Assembly: GCA_951406725.2 (NCBI GenBank)
Contig: OX597832.1
Location: forward strand, 17,670,001-17,734,000
Length of the DNA: 64,000 nt
Source of the DNA: Octopus vulgaris
Lineage: Eukaryota
Direction of reading: 5' to 3'
The translations under genes were made by a program, and so were the position numbers. Shown in pieces: positions 1-12,526 of this stretch. Within the stretch, counting starts at the first letter, position 1. Each line of letters starts with the position of its first letter. Under the pieces are notes generated by a model. It was not told the origin of the DNA. It saw nothing but the letters and a program-made list of their open reading frames with translations, and searched no databases.

Positions 1-32
1 AAATAAATTGAAATTAGTCATATCTTCACATA

Positions 33-292
33 TGGCGTAGTGGTTAAGAGCGCGGGATACTAACCCCAAGATTCTGAGTTCGATTCCAAGCAGTGACTTG
101 AACAATAATAATAATAAATATATCGAAAAATGCTCTAGGAATGAGAAACCAGGTTCGAAATTTCTCCAAGACACCTGATGAAGGCTGGAGGGTATATCAA
201 CCGAAACGTTGTGTTAACAACAAACAAGATGAGGATAAATATCCGTCAAATTTAAATAATGTAAATAATGTACGTAATTTCTCATCTCTTAT
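33..292 (+). mobile_element. tRNA-headed short element (SINE-like) with internal (AAT)n and a hammerhead ribozyme domain (family A)
   Basis: A-box TGGCGTAGTGG, B-box GTTCGATTCC, (AAT)n spacer, then a body that recurs inverted at 40552-40735. Confidence 0.75.
170..215 (+). ncRNA. minimal type I hammerhead ribozyme
   Basis: stem I GACAC/GTGTT, core CTGATGA (175-181), stem II GGCTG/CAACC (one mismatch), GAAA (203-206), CGTT giving palindromic AACGTT stem III and a GUU site. Confidence 0.8.
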
Positions 293-327
293 AGTATAGT
301 CATTTCTTATTTAGACAAATAATGTAA

Positions 328-778
328 TTTGAACTCAGAACATAAAGACGGACAAAATACCTATTTCTTTACTATCCACAAAGGGCTAAGCACAGATAGG
401 ACAAACAAGGACAGACAAACGGATTACGTCGATTATATCGACCCCAGTGCGTAACTGGTACTTATTTAATCGACCCCGAAAGGATGAAAGGCAAAGTCGA
501 CCTCGGCGGAATTTGAACTCAGAACGTAAAGATAGACGAAATACCTATTTCTTTATTACCCAAAAGGGGCTAAACATAGAGGGCACAAACAAGGACAGAC
601 ATAGGTATTAAGTCGATTACATCGACTCCAGTGCGTAACTGGTACTTATTTAATCGATCCCGAAAGGATGAGAGGCAAAGTCGACCTCGGCGGAATTTGA
701 ACTCAGAACCTAAAGAGAGACGAAATAGCGCTAAGCATTTCGCCCGGCGTGCTAACGTTTCTGCCAGCTCACCTCCTT
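328..778 (-). mobile_element. tRNA-derived SINE (family S1) with internally tandem-repeated ~183 bp body
   Basis: minus strand reads GAGCTGGCAGAAACGTTAGC...GTTCAAATTCC then GTCGACTTTGCCTTTCATCCTTTCGGGGTCGAT; the B-box+body unit occurs twice and a third begins. Confidence 0.85.
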
Positions 779-831
779 AATAAAACACCAAGTATTAATA
801 CTAGAATACTAAAAGATACGATTAAACTAAA

Positions 832-1245
832 TCTATACATATAAATCTGAAGTTGTCAGTCTGAGTGTGGCAGGTTTGGTAGCCTTCAACTAACTCTATC
901 TCCTCCGAGACCCTGCGGCGCAAGTTACCAAAACTGAAAATATGATAGAAGAAGGCTTGCTCTTCATTCTGTAGAAGAAAAAATTAAAATCGGACCATGT
1001 TAACACCAAACATTATTTACATAAATAAAGTGCTTTTTTTCTATGAAAATCCCAATTTTTTACGACTTTTTGACTGCTGTGTCACAAATTTTCGGTGTAT
1101 TTCAACCAGAAAAATGTTCACTTAAAGAGAATAACAAGCTAAAAGAACTGAAACTATGTCAAAACTTTGTTAACGCGTCACCAAAGTCTGCTGTTTTAAG
1201 CGCAACTAAAAAGCAAACCCGAGCAACGCCGCGCTATACTGCTAG
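832..1245 (+). mobile_element. non-autonomous Helitron
   Basis: 5' TCTATACATATAAA, GC-rich subterminal CCCGAGCAACGCCGCG then ATACTGCTAG, flanked by A and T; 3' end shared with 17919-18304. Confidence 0.75.
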
Positions 1246-1399
1246 TATTTTATAAACATAATAATTGCAATCGTTAATAGTGAAACTCATGAAATGCTCA
1301 GTAACCGGTTAAAAATAAATAACAGAATTTCAAAGTTTACTGCAGAACATGGAGACAATGATGCGTGGAATATTTCATTGAGTGACCTGTAATTTTCAA

Positions 1400-1850
1400 G
1401 ATTCAATAGAGAGTAACAAGTGAAAATGGAAATCAAGAACAGGGCTTAGATCAGATATGAATGGTCTGGCATTAGGGGTAAGAATATTATAAGCTTAGCG
1501 GCAAATAATTATGTGATGAATATAACGACAGTAGAGGGATATTTTCTATGCACTGTAACAGCACAGTTGAAGAAATGAGTTCAAACTTCCTATCACTTGC
1601 AGAGTCAACAGATGAAACATCGACGTGCTCAAAAGAAACTGGCTTAAGATCGTACCAAACTGGATAAATGAATTGGTCATCATAATCTCAGATACGCCAG
1701 TCCAGTTTGACAAGAAACTCGAAGCAAACTTTCCATTCATGACCATCATACACAGGATCGAATGTCTGTGCTATGACAACCATCTTGGTTCATTCAGAAT
1801 AAATCATAGCATGACAGCAGATCGGGAATCTAACAAAGTAGAATGACGGT
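1400..1850 (+). pseudogene. highly decayed R4/Dong-like LINE C-terminal fragment
   Basis: IISDTPVQFDKKLEANFP aligns by eye to ILWDMPIHTDREIKANRP of the 41277-42293 ORF. Confidence 0.45.
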
Positions 1851-1872
1851 TAAAATATAAAGTTGGATATCG

Positions 1873-1949
1873 TATAAACAATAAATATAAACAATAAGTA
1901 TAAACAATACGTATAAACAATAAATGTAAACAATAGCTATAAATAATAG
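1873..1949 (+). repeat. 13-bp minisatellite TATAAACAATAAN, about 6 copies
   Basis: read directly. Confidence 0.85.
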
Positions 1950-2822
1950 TAATATTAATTAGTGTATAAGACATGGTGCCTCTCATAATGTCTAAAACAA
2001 ACAACGGTAAAAACGGCACACTGAAATTACTATCTACCAGAGTCGATTTGCAGTTCAAATTGGATGTTAGTAAATGCATGATTGTTACAACATCCCATTA
2101 GGTGGGGGGGGTTGATAGTGAGAGAAAGAAAGAGAGGATATAACAGAGGCAATTATATTATCTTCAGCATTGCCACAAAATTTTTAAAAAAATGGCGGTT
2201 TAACATTTTCCTTTTTATCGTCGAATTTGTGTGTTTTTAGATTTTTTTTTTTTGCTTTTCATGTTCTTCATGGATTTTGTTTATTTGTTTGTTTACGTTT
2301 TTTCAAACGAAGGTGGGTGTGTAATAGCAGGGAGGGTAGGTAGGTAGGTAGGCTGGCTGATGTGGAAAATAAAGGAAAAAAAAAATTGCAGCGACGTAAA
2401 CATTTCTAAAGAAAGTATCGTTGCAGTCATCTCTCCATTCCATTATTTTTTCACGAACCGTACCCCTACCCCACCCTCCCTATTCCAGCTCCACTACACA
2501 CACTTACCCACACACACATACAAATGCAAATACACACACATATATATGTACACAAACACACGAACGTACCCACCCACGCACTCACTCACCGATAATTTCA
2601 CTCATATATGAACATGTATGCACAAGCACACATACGAAAACCTACAATAATGCATATGAAAATAATCATACGTAAAAAACCCCAAACGAAACACATACAT
2701 ACATGCAAAAAACATACATACACACACAAACACACACACATTTGAATGTGTGTGTATGTATGATTCCATACATATGTACACATAGACCCGAACGTACACA
2801 CATGCATACATTCAGGAACACT

Positions 2823-2855
<33 letters not shown>

Positions 2856-3520
2856 CCAAGTCTATATAAACACACGTTATTTCAATTACATGCATACATA
2901 TATACACCCACTCAATTCATATACTAAAAAATATAACGACGATACAAAATGGACGCGCACTCACACACGCACACATACATGCATACATACATACATACAT
3001 ACATATATACATACATACATACATACATACATACACACATACAAACACATACACACATATATATATATATATACACACTTCTACACACGAAAATGCAAAT
3101 GATATACATGTTGTGTGAAACGCTTTATACACCAAAGTACCTACTCACACAAACGCATACACCCATTCACACACACACACACGCAAGCATATATATATAT
3201 ATACACACTCACATACACACACTGACGCACCAATAAACACACACCAACACAGACACACCAACACACACACACGTACACAGACACAAATATATATATATAT
3301 GTATCCACACGCAAACGCACGCACGCTTATTCACCAAAAACTACCGTTTTTGACTAATTAAAAAAATAAATAAATAAATAATATCCCATGTTTTTAATAA
3401 AAAAAAGAAAACCCAGAGCAATCCCATCAATAGCAACACCAGGCACCGTTTCTCTCCTCTCCCTACAACTTATTCTCATGGCATATTTCCCTCCCCCCCT
3501 TTCCCATATTATTTTGTTTG

Positions 3521-3524
<4 letters not shown>

Positions 3525-3565
<41 letters not shown>

Positions 3566-3788
3566 GTTGTTGTTGTTGTTGTTGTTGTTGTTCTTTCTTG
3601 TTGTTGTTGTTATTATTATTATTATTATCGTCATCATTATTATTAATGTTGTTGCTTTTTATGCTGTTTTATGTTATTGGCTTTTTAAAGTTTTTTTTTC
3701 CTTTTTATACTATTTTGTTTGTTTTTTTGTTATTAGTTTTTTTACTTGCCTCGTCGAAAGCAATCAGAGAGCTGACTAATTAAGATAT

Positions 3789-3844
<56 letters not shown>

Positions 3845-3990
3845 TTACTACTGCTGCTGCTTCTGCTCTTGCAGTTGTTGCTGCTGCAACTTCTACTGCC
3901 AGCATTACACCTACCGCCACCATCACCACCAACTTCGCCACCACCACCACCACCACCACCATTCACCACACTACTACATCAACAACAATG
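3525..3990. repeat. compound trinucleotide microsatellites (TTA, TTG, CTA, CCA)
   Basis: read directly. Confidence 0.9.
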
Positions 3991-4230
3991 AAACTAAAGC
4001 TGGTATTAGATCAACAATTCTAACCATTCTATTATCGGAAAAAAGGGGACTGATTGATTCGATACCCCAATAAATATCATTGGTACTTATTTCACATTCT
4101 CTGGCAATTGGCAAAAAGCAAGTGGTTATTTTGATGCTTAAATAAATACCGACCTTGCAAGGAATCGAAACTGTAACCTAAATATTTGTATAAAAACACT
4201 GGTCAGCCTCCGAAGATTTCTATCCTCTTA

Positions 4231-4565
4231 AGGCGACGAGCTGGCAGAAACGTTAGCGCGCCTAGCGAAATGCTTAGCGGTATTTCTTCTACATTTTCCT
4301 TTCATCCTTTCGGGGTCGATTAAATAAGCACTGGGATCGATATAATTGACTTAATCCGTTTGTCCCTCTGTGTTTCGCCCCTTGTGGATAATAAAGAAAT
4401 AGGTATTTCTTCTGTCTTTACGTTCTGAGCTCAAATTCCACCGAGGTTGACTTTGCCTTTCATCCTTTCGAGGTCGATAAATTAAGTACCAGTTGCGTTC
4501 TGGGGTAGATCCAATCGACTGGCCCCTCCCCGAAAATTTGGGGCATGGTGCCTAGAGTAGAAAAG
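4231..4565 (+). mobile_element. SINE family S1 with duplicated body
   Basis: GGCGACGAGCTGGCAGAAACGTTAGC head and two CCTTTCATCCTTTCG cores. Confidence 0.85.
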
Positions 4566-4751
4566 CATGTTTTCTATCCTAAAGGGTTATTCCAATAATA
4601 ATTGTAAAATATCTTTTTCATCGATCTATTGATTCTCTCATCCACTGCTCATTTGGTTGCTATTTTCTCGAACTATGAAATGAGGAACAGTTGATTAAAC
4701 TAATTTCAGTATACAATAAGTATTTTCCTTTGCTTCTTATTGATGCCGTGA

Positions 4752-5330
4752 TGAATTGCTGCAATCTCTAGCGGTCTAACATCCATCATTGCTAAGACCA
4801 AGGAATGTCGATATCACGTGAACTGGTGGTCTCGTGGCTTGAGATGGCGGAGATTTATCTCTCAGTTACGATATAAACGAGTGTGCATTTTGTCCCAACA
4901 GCCAATACTAAAGATATTTTTATGGCAACTACCACAGTAAAGTTTGTTCCTACAGAACATCCACGTTCAAGTGGGGATAAATATTGCTTCTTATTTCTGA
5001 TACTGCCTCTGTCGCTTATAAATATGTTTCAACAAGCCAACTGGCTCATCGCGACACCAGCGCCTGTTCCGGCACTAATTCTTTATATATCGTTGGTGGA
5101 GAGATGAATCGCTGCTGCCTCTAACGGTCCGGTTTCCATCATTGTCAAGTTAAAGAAAGGTTGAATCCACGCTGGGGATGTTTGGCGACTTATCTCCGCG
5201 CTGTCGATGATAACAAGAGTGTATTTTGTATCAAAAGCCAATACGAGAGATTTCCTCATAGTTACCATGAGGAAATCGCAGTATAGTTTGTTCTAACAGA
5301 ACATCCGCGTTTAAGTGGGAGATACATATT
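4752..5330. repeat. diverged tandem duplication, period ~350 bp
   Basis: 4752-4985 and 5105-5330 share blocks such as TTTGTTCxxACAGAACATCCxCGTTxAAGTGGG. Confidence 0.75.
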
Positions 5331-5736
5331 ATCTCACACATTCTGATACGCAATTATATTCACTGGTACACATTTTAGTATGCATAGGCACTTTCTTAGG
5401 ACTCAGTTTAATTATATTCCTTCTTTGATTATTGTTGTACACATTGGTACGTTTTCGTTATTCATTGACCATCCTTAGTACACGTTAGCATTTATTGGTA
5501 GTTTTTGATATTCATTGAGAATCTGTTACATAATAACTTTCTTTGCACATTCGTCAACTTTTCAAAGTCATTGTTTTTTTTTCTTTTGGTATTAATTAGA
5601 ACATTTTTCTGTCCAACAGCATTTTAATTCTTCATTGTTGGATTTTGCTCCTCATTGATATCAATTTTTTAGTACACGTTGATATAGTTTTTCAATCATT
5701 GATATCTTTTGATATGCATTGACACATCATTCCTAC

Positions 5737-5800
5737 AGATTATTAAAAGTCGTATGAAAGGGTATCAGTGGATACTCTTTCGTACAACTTTTAATAATCT
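5737..5800. other. 64-nt near-perfect hairpin
   Basis: 30-bp arms with 3 differences around an AGTG loop. Confidence 0.85.
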
Positions 5801-6279
5801 TTGATTTTGGTACTCATTCGTAAGGTAGATTAAAATTGCAGTGATTGCATGTCATATTTGATCTCTGACCTTAACTTCTGAGGGTATCATTAGCTCTTTC
5901 CAGATTCTATATACTACCTGTCAAAGTATTCTCTCTTCGTTTTTAGCTTGGGCGAGTATTACTTGACCATTTTTCCCTTAAATAACTTTAATCTCAGATC
6001 TGTGAAGATGATAATGATGATGACGACGGCGGCGGCGGTGGTGGTGAGAATTGATTTATTGTTGCATAAGGGTAGCAATTTTGGATGGAGAAGGCAAGTC
6101 GATTACATCCAACCAAGGTCTCATGCGCTTCATATTTTAGGGACTTCTTCCCACGCCCGGAAAAGAAAGACTTGTCGTACAATAATGTTCACATCGGAGC
6201 AATTCGGACAAGTCGGGAAAAATTTTTGCTCAGCGTTTATCTCGACGTGGCAACGATTCTTTCAGCTCATAGCCATTGA

Positions 6280-6470
6280 TTCAAAATTTTGTCCAAGGCC
6301 AGCAATTTCAGAGATAGTGGATTAGTCGATTACATCTACGCCAGTATCCGACTGATACCTTTTTCATCGACCTCTGCGGTATGACAAGCAAAGACAACCC
6401 CGGTGAGACTTGAACTTAGAAAGTAAAGTTCCAGGAGAACTGCTGCTAAGCGTGTTGATTCTGTCAAACC
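6280..6470 (-). mobile_element. degenerate SINE family S1
   Basis: GTCGATTACATC, ATCGACC and TTGAACTTAGAA blocks in S1 order. Confidence 0.55.
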
Positions 6471-6499
6471 AAAACCGATTTGACTTGTTTTAGAACATG

Positions 6500-6997
6500 G
6501 TTGAGTCCATAAAATAGGATTTTACTACACCTCCATTTAGATCACAGTTTAAGCTATTTTTTCGTGGAAGGTTTATGCTCCTATAACCTGTGTTAATTCT
6601 GTAACCCTTTAAAATGGAAGATAAGAAAATTCATTTTCGGCACTTGATGCTTTGGGAATCAGACAAAAATTGCTGCTGCTCGGCTGGGATGTGTTACTCC
6701 ACCCTCCATATTCACCAGATATTGCTCCTTCGGATTTCCACTCATTCAGGTCTCTGCAGAATAGTCTTAATGGTAAAAATTTCAATTCCTTGGATGACGT
6801 AAAAAGATACCTTGATGAATTCTTTCTCATGAAACCACCTTGATTCTGGGAAGAGGGTATTTTCAAGTTAAAGGAAAGATGGATATGCATTGTGCAACAA
6901 AATAGTTCATATTTGGTTGATTAAAAATGTAATGGCAAGTATTTATTGACCTTTTTCTTTCCTTTAAAAATCGGCATGAACTTTTCGGACAACCCAA
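6500..6997 (+). mobile_element. internally deleted mariner element
   Basis: transposase N-terminus MEDKKIHFRHLMLWE joined to C-terminal LGWDVLLHPPYSPDIAPSDFH; right end GAACTTTTCGGACAACCCAA followed by TA. Confidence 0.85.
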
Positions 6998-7554
6998 TAT
7001 ATATTAAAACAAACGCCATTGAAAATTGTATATTCATGAGTTCTATATCGATAGGTACGAGATGCAACGAATATGAAGAATGTTCTTCAGCTTTGAATCC
7101 ATCCTCATTTTTCATTTTCCAGAAATAGCTTTGTATAATAAAGTTACGATTACTGGTAAAATTTGCGCACAAAATCTGTTTTTTTTGTTTGTTTATTAGA
7201 CTAAAATGGCATTTATTTTAAAAACCATAAGGGTCACGTTTTTTTAGATCACATACACATATGCACACAGGCACACAAATCTATATGGATATATGTGTGC
7301 GTGTGTATGGGTATGCACGTGTGTGTGTGTATGCGTGTGTGTGTTTGTATGCGTGTGTGTGTTTGTGTGCCTGTGTGTGTGTCTGTGTGTGTGCATATCG
7401 TGTGTGTGTGCGTGCGTGCGTGTGTGTGTATGTGTATGTGTACGTGCGTGTGCCTCTGTGTTTTTACGCGTGTAGGTGTTTGTATGTGTGTGTATGTGTG
7501 TGGGTATATATTTGCATGTGTACGTGTGTGTGTTTGTGTGCTTTGCTTTCTTTG

Positions 7555-7720
7555 TTGTCCACCATCGCTTAGCAACCGCCATCGATTTGTTACGTCCCAC
7601 AAGTTCGGAAAATGAGACGGATATAATAAACACCAGACTTTAAAATAGCTCTGGGGTCGATTTCTCCGACTAAGGTTGTGTCCCTGCACTGGTGCAAACT
7701 TAGGAGAAACAAGTAATAAA
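7555..7720 (+). mobile_element. 3' half of SINE family S2, degenerate
   Basis: matches the 3' half of 28501-28889 by eye. Confidence 0.55.
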
Positions 7721-7765
7721 GGATACAATATATATACATACATACATAAATGCATACATATATAC

Positions 7766-7816
<51 letters not shown>

Positions 7817-7878
7817 TATATATATATATATAAGCACACAAATAGCATGCACATATACACATATACATATATATATGA

Positions 7879-7909
<31 letters not shown>

Positions 7910-9221
7910 TTTGATTTTGATTTTGATTTTTCCAGTTTCAGCTAATGAGCTGTGGCCATGCTGGGGCACCGCCATTTATATATATATGATATATATATAT
8001 ATATGATATCTATATATTTATACATACACGCATACATATATACATACGTACATACATGCATATACACTGAGCCTGACGTGCTAGATGTCTGCAACAATCT
8101 TACAACGCTGCGTGGATCCGAATAGAACTGCTTTAAATAATAATAATAATAATGATAATAACAACAACAACAACGATAATAATAATAATAATAACGACGA
8201 CGACGACGACGATGATTATGATGATGATGATTTCTTTATCATTTATTAATTAATAATAATAATAATAGACACACACATTCATACTTTTACACGTGCATGT
8301 ATTCATGCACGGGAAGTAGAAAAAGAATACTTATTTTCGCACTTAAGTCTTATTCTTCGCATGTCGTAGGTTCGCAACAAATCCATCAATTATTTAATCA
8401 CTACGACAATGATTTCATCAATTTCGCTATCAGTCTCTTTTAGGAATTAAACAACATCGAATGCACAGAAAAATCCTTGGGAATTATATTCGTTATAATT
8501 TCTTTTTCTCTTTCTAAAATTGTTTAGTTTTGTCGTTCGTAAATTCCTTACAGTGTAGGAATTATCGGAGTTGTGTGCTTAGAAAAGGCACTAAGAATTA
8601 TTATGTTCCACTGCAAACTTGGTCCTCTGTTTTAAGTATGGGCTGCTAATGAAAATGGACAGATGAAAAATGGACCGTCATGAGTACACACATATACCTG
8701 CACTCAACCGCTGTCACTCACTCATAAAAATAAACACAAATAATTTCCTAACAAATTAGCGCGTGAAAATACGCATACCGGCACCCAGTTTCAGTCCACG
8801 TACGCAAACACAAGTGCCCACTCACTGGCATTTTCATAAAAGCAGACACGGCCTCACACACATACCAACAATAACCAGAAAAATTATTCATGTAAACTCA
8901 ACTCGTACACGCATTCTGCCACAAGTCGATATTTCTGCTTTGTTTTACAACATTGTCTACCATATTTCTTTGTCTACCCACCCACCTGTAATCTCTGTTT
9001 GACAGCTACACACTCGTTACCTTGTCATCACACATCAGCACATACCTCTGCAACACACACAATCATTTACACACGCTTATACACTCAAAGTCTGCTGTTT
9101 ACCTCGTCTTATTGTCTACTCTTTTGACCAAAAGAACAAATTTTGTTCCGTCAGTGCTTACACTTTATATTAAGAGATTTGTGTGTGGATCCTTCAGATA
9201 CATGAACACTACGTACTTTTG

Positions 9222-9314
<93 letters not shown>

Positions 9315-9529
9315 TTGCCATCAATACCAGCATCCATCATATTTCCTTTACCACCCGAAGTACTTTATGAATATTTTCGTTTTCGTTCCATCACGCATGT
9401 ATCAGCTCTCACTTCCTCATATAAATATTTTCACAACAGCCACATATCTACAAACACAAACGTACTCAAGGGCATTAATCAACGCCTTCCGAGCACTTAT
9501 GCACTATTATCTTTGCATCTATAGCTAGT

Positions 9530-10035
9530 TGCTTCTACATGGTTTCTACCTCTTCATCCGTTTGGGTCCAAAAAGGCTTGCTCGACACCTCATAGACCCT
9601 CTCCACTCTTTTGACATCATCTAGAGCTAAGCTGGAACAAGATGTCTGGGTGCCAATATGAGTTGCATGCTCAGAGATATAGGAGCACCATGATCTCAAG
9701 CATAAGCAAAAGATCCCCAAAATGTCCAATGCCATTCCTTGCATACCTGGTTTTATACCAGAGTAACCTTCTTCTAGAGAAATGCTCCAGCAAGAGCTGA
9801 AGGGTGCCTCGCCCCCAGTGATGTCCCAGCACGCCGGACACCGTCCCGGAATTTCTGTGTACCCGTGCTACTTCTGGATAGTCGTTGAACCTGCATTAGG
9901 TTCATCCGGCCTTTTAACAGGTCTTGGTTTTAGTCCTGCTGGGTGTCTAGGAACCCTTTTCACCAGATTAGTCTCCGACAACCCGACCATGCAACAGGTT
10001 GTACCGGGTTCCATGTTACCAGTAGCACTCTCAGA
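9530..10035 (-). mobile_element. GC-richer insertion, possibly the 5' region of a non-LTR retrotransposon (RTE-like)
   Basis: abrupt GC rise and an HDV-like nested helix at 9955-10015; no protein motif recognised. Confidence 0.3.
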
Positions 10036-12526
10036 CACTCACATGCATATATACATTCATATATACATGCATAAATACATATATGCATATATAAATACAT
10101 ACATACTTACATACACACACATAGATATGCTCAATATATACATACATACATGCATAAATACATAAATACATGCATGCCTATATACATATATACATCCATG
10201 CAATCATACATAGATTAGAAAGATTCACAGGCGCATATGCATTCATGTAGACATATATAGTGTGACTATCGCACATACATAATTGGAATCACGTATCAAC
10301 ACTCGTTTATGCGATCATATATATTCACAATTCATCACACAAATAGCTAGATATACACCTCCAAATCTACACTCAGCACAAAATCACACTGCATATACAG
10401 AAATATATTCATCATCATACATATTGACATTCACTCGCAATCAGATAATTACAAATATTTACAGTATATTCAAATATACACACCAAAGAGCAAACCTGCA
10501 GAGATGTACACAGATCATGACGTAAACACATTTATGTAGGTATCGAAATTCGCAAATCCACTCAGGTCAGTTTTACCGATGGACATTCAGAAATCCACAA
10601 TCGTTAAATTGACGTTCAAATTAATGTGTAAGGATTGATTACTCGTCAGATTTGTGCAAACTTAGTGGAACCCCGTTGGTTTCAATAATACGTATTTACT
10701 TATTCATTCATCTGAACGAAGCAACCATTGTTTTAATGTGTACGGAGCTAATTATAGACATGTGGATTGTTAATATAATAAGTGTGAAACAGCGTTTGTG
10801 AAGGATGTACTTTTGACTTAGAGTTACAACCCACCCGACTGACTTTAAAACGGTTACTCTCTATTTGACACTAGTCACAAGTATCATATCGACAAAAGGT
10901 ATGTAGAGAGACACACTTCCTGATGACTTTACGACGCAAAAGTATCAAAAACAAGGCCTCATGTTTGCGGAACGAGCATTTTGGCCACTTTGTTATGATT
11001 GAGTATTTGCACTCAGTACAAACACATAAACATCACACATTATTATAGAAAAATATATTCGCAGGATCGCACATATTTATGCATTAACATATACATATAG
11101 TAATACAAACGCAAATACAAACATACATATAGACACATACAGTCAAACAGACATTCAGACGCATAGCTACAATTATACACACATGGCATATATATAGCGC
11201 ACGTTGTCCATTACACGCTCACTGAGGTATACGCATTTTGATATATACATATACATGTATATGTACATATACACACGCACGTATATACGCAGTTTAAATA
11301 ATATACATATATGGAAATAGCAAAACATTTATTTCTCCACATTCGTTTACATGGCAGCAGAAAGTCACACACACACACAATTGTCTATAGTTAAATACAG
11401 CGACAATAAACCGCATACGCACGAGTGTATATAAACACTGACAGATACATAAATACATACACGGACACGGACACACATTAACACAAACATATATTCATGT
11501 ACAATCATTCCCAGTAATACACAGATAAATAGACACATACATACGCGCTTATAATTACTTGTAACTATTAACATATAGACACAAATACACCTTCACACAT
11601 ACAGGGGAATATACGCAGAAAGGCACACGCAAAATATTTTGTAAAAATAAAGACAGCGACACAGAGACGCGGAGATACAAAACAGAAAAATGCACACATA
11701 CAAACACGTATCTACACATACACAGAAACAGGCGTCAGTACACAAACACACACACACGCGCGCAGACACACACTCCTGCGTTGTGTACCTATTGATAACC
11801 TGCCACCATCAATATTGTTCCAATCCATCAAACATCCATGTAAAGGTTTCTGATGTATGACGACATTTTACAGTTAGTTCTTTACCGGAAGTGGTATGGT
11901 GACGATGGCGCAGGGGAGGAATGGCGCGTTGTTTCAGGTTGTTTCAGCGTTAGTATTCCTGATGGTGGTTTCAATAGATTTGGTATATTTTGCTGAGGTG
12001 GTAATGGTAGTGGTGGTGGTGGTAGTGGAAATAGTAGCAGTAGTTGTAGTAGTAGTAGTAGTAATAGTAGTAGTGGTGGTGTTGGTGTTGGTGGTGGTAT
12101 TGGTGGTGGTAGTAGTAGTACTGGTTAGGAGCGGTTACGGTTATATTATAGTTGTAGTATTCGTAGCGGTTGTGGTAGCAGGCGTGTTCTTTATAGTGGT
12201 GGATCTGTAGTGGTGTTGGTGTTAGTATGGATGGTGCTGATATTGTAATAGTTGTTGTGGTCAGTCTAGTGCTGGTATTTGTCATGCTTGTGGATTTCGT
12301 GGCCGAAGTTGTAGTGGCGGTGGTAAGGGGGCTATTTGTAGCGGTAATGGTATCAGTGGTGGTTTATAAAAGTGATTATGATGATGTTGGATGTATTAAT
12401 GATAACTTTTAGTGTTACTGGTTGTTGTTTTGGTGGTGGTGGTGGCGTTGTAGTGGAAGTGGGTTTTTTATGGTGTTGGTAATAGTGTTTGTGGTTATAA
12501 TGCCGGCGCGTGCAATGATTGTTGTA

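Noticed and set aside
33-100. Functional tRNA gene (also the S1-S4 heads)
   Set aside because: No proper acceptor stem, and the heads continue into repeat bodies.
361-730. CRISPR-like array
   Set aside because: The units are ~183-bp SINE bodies with no unique spacers, in a eukaryotic context with no cas genes.
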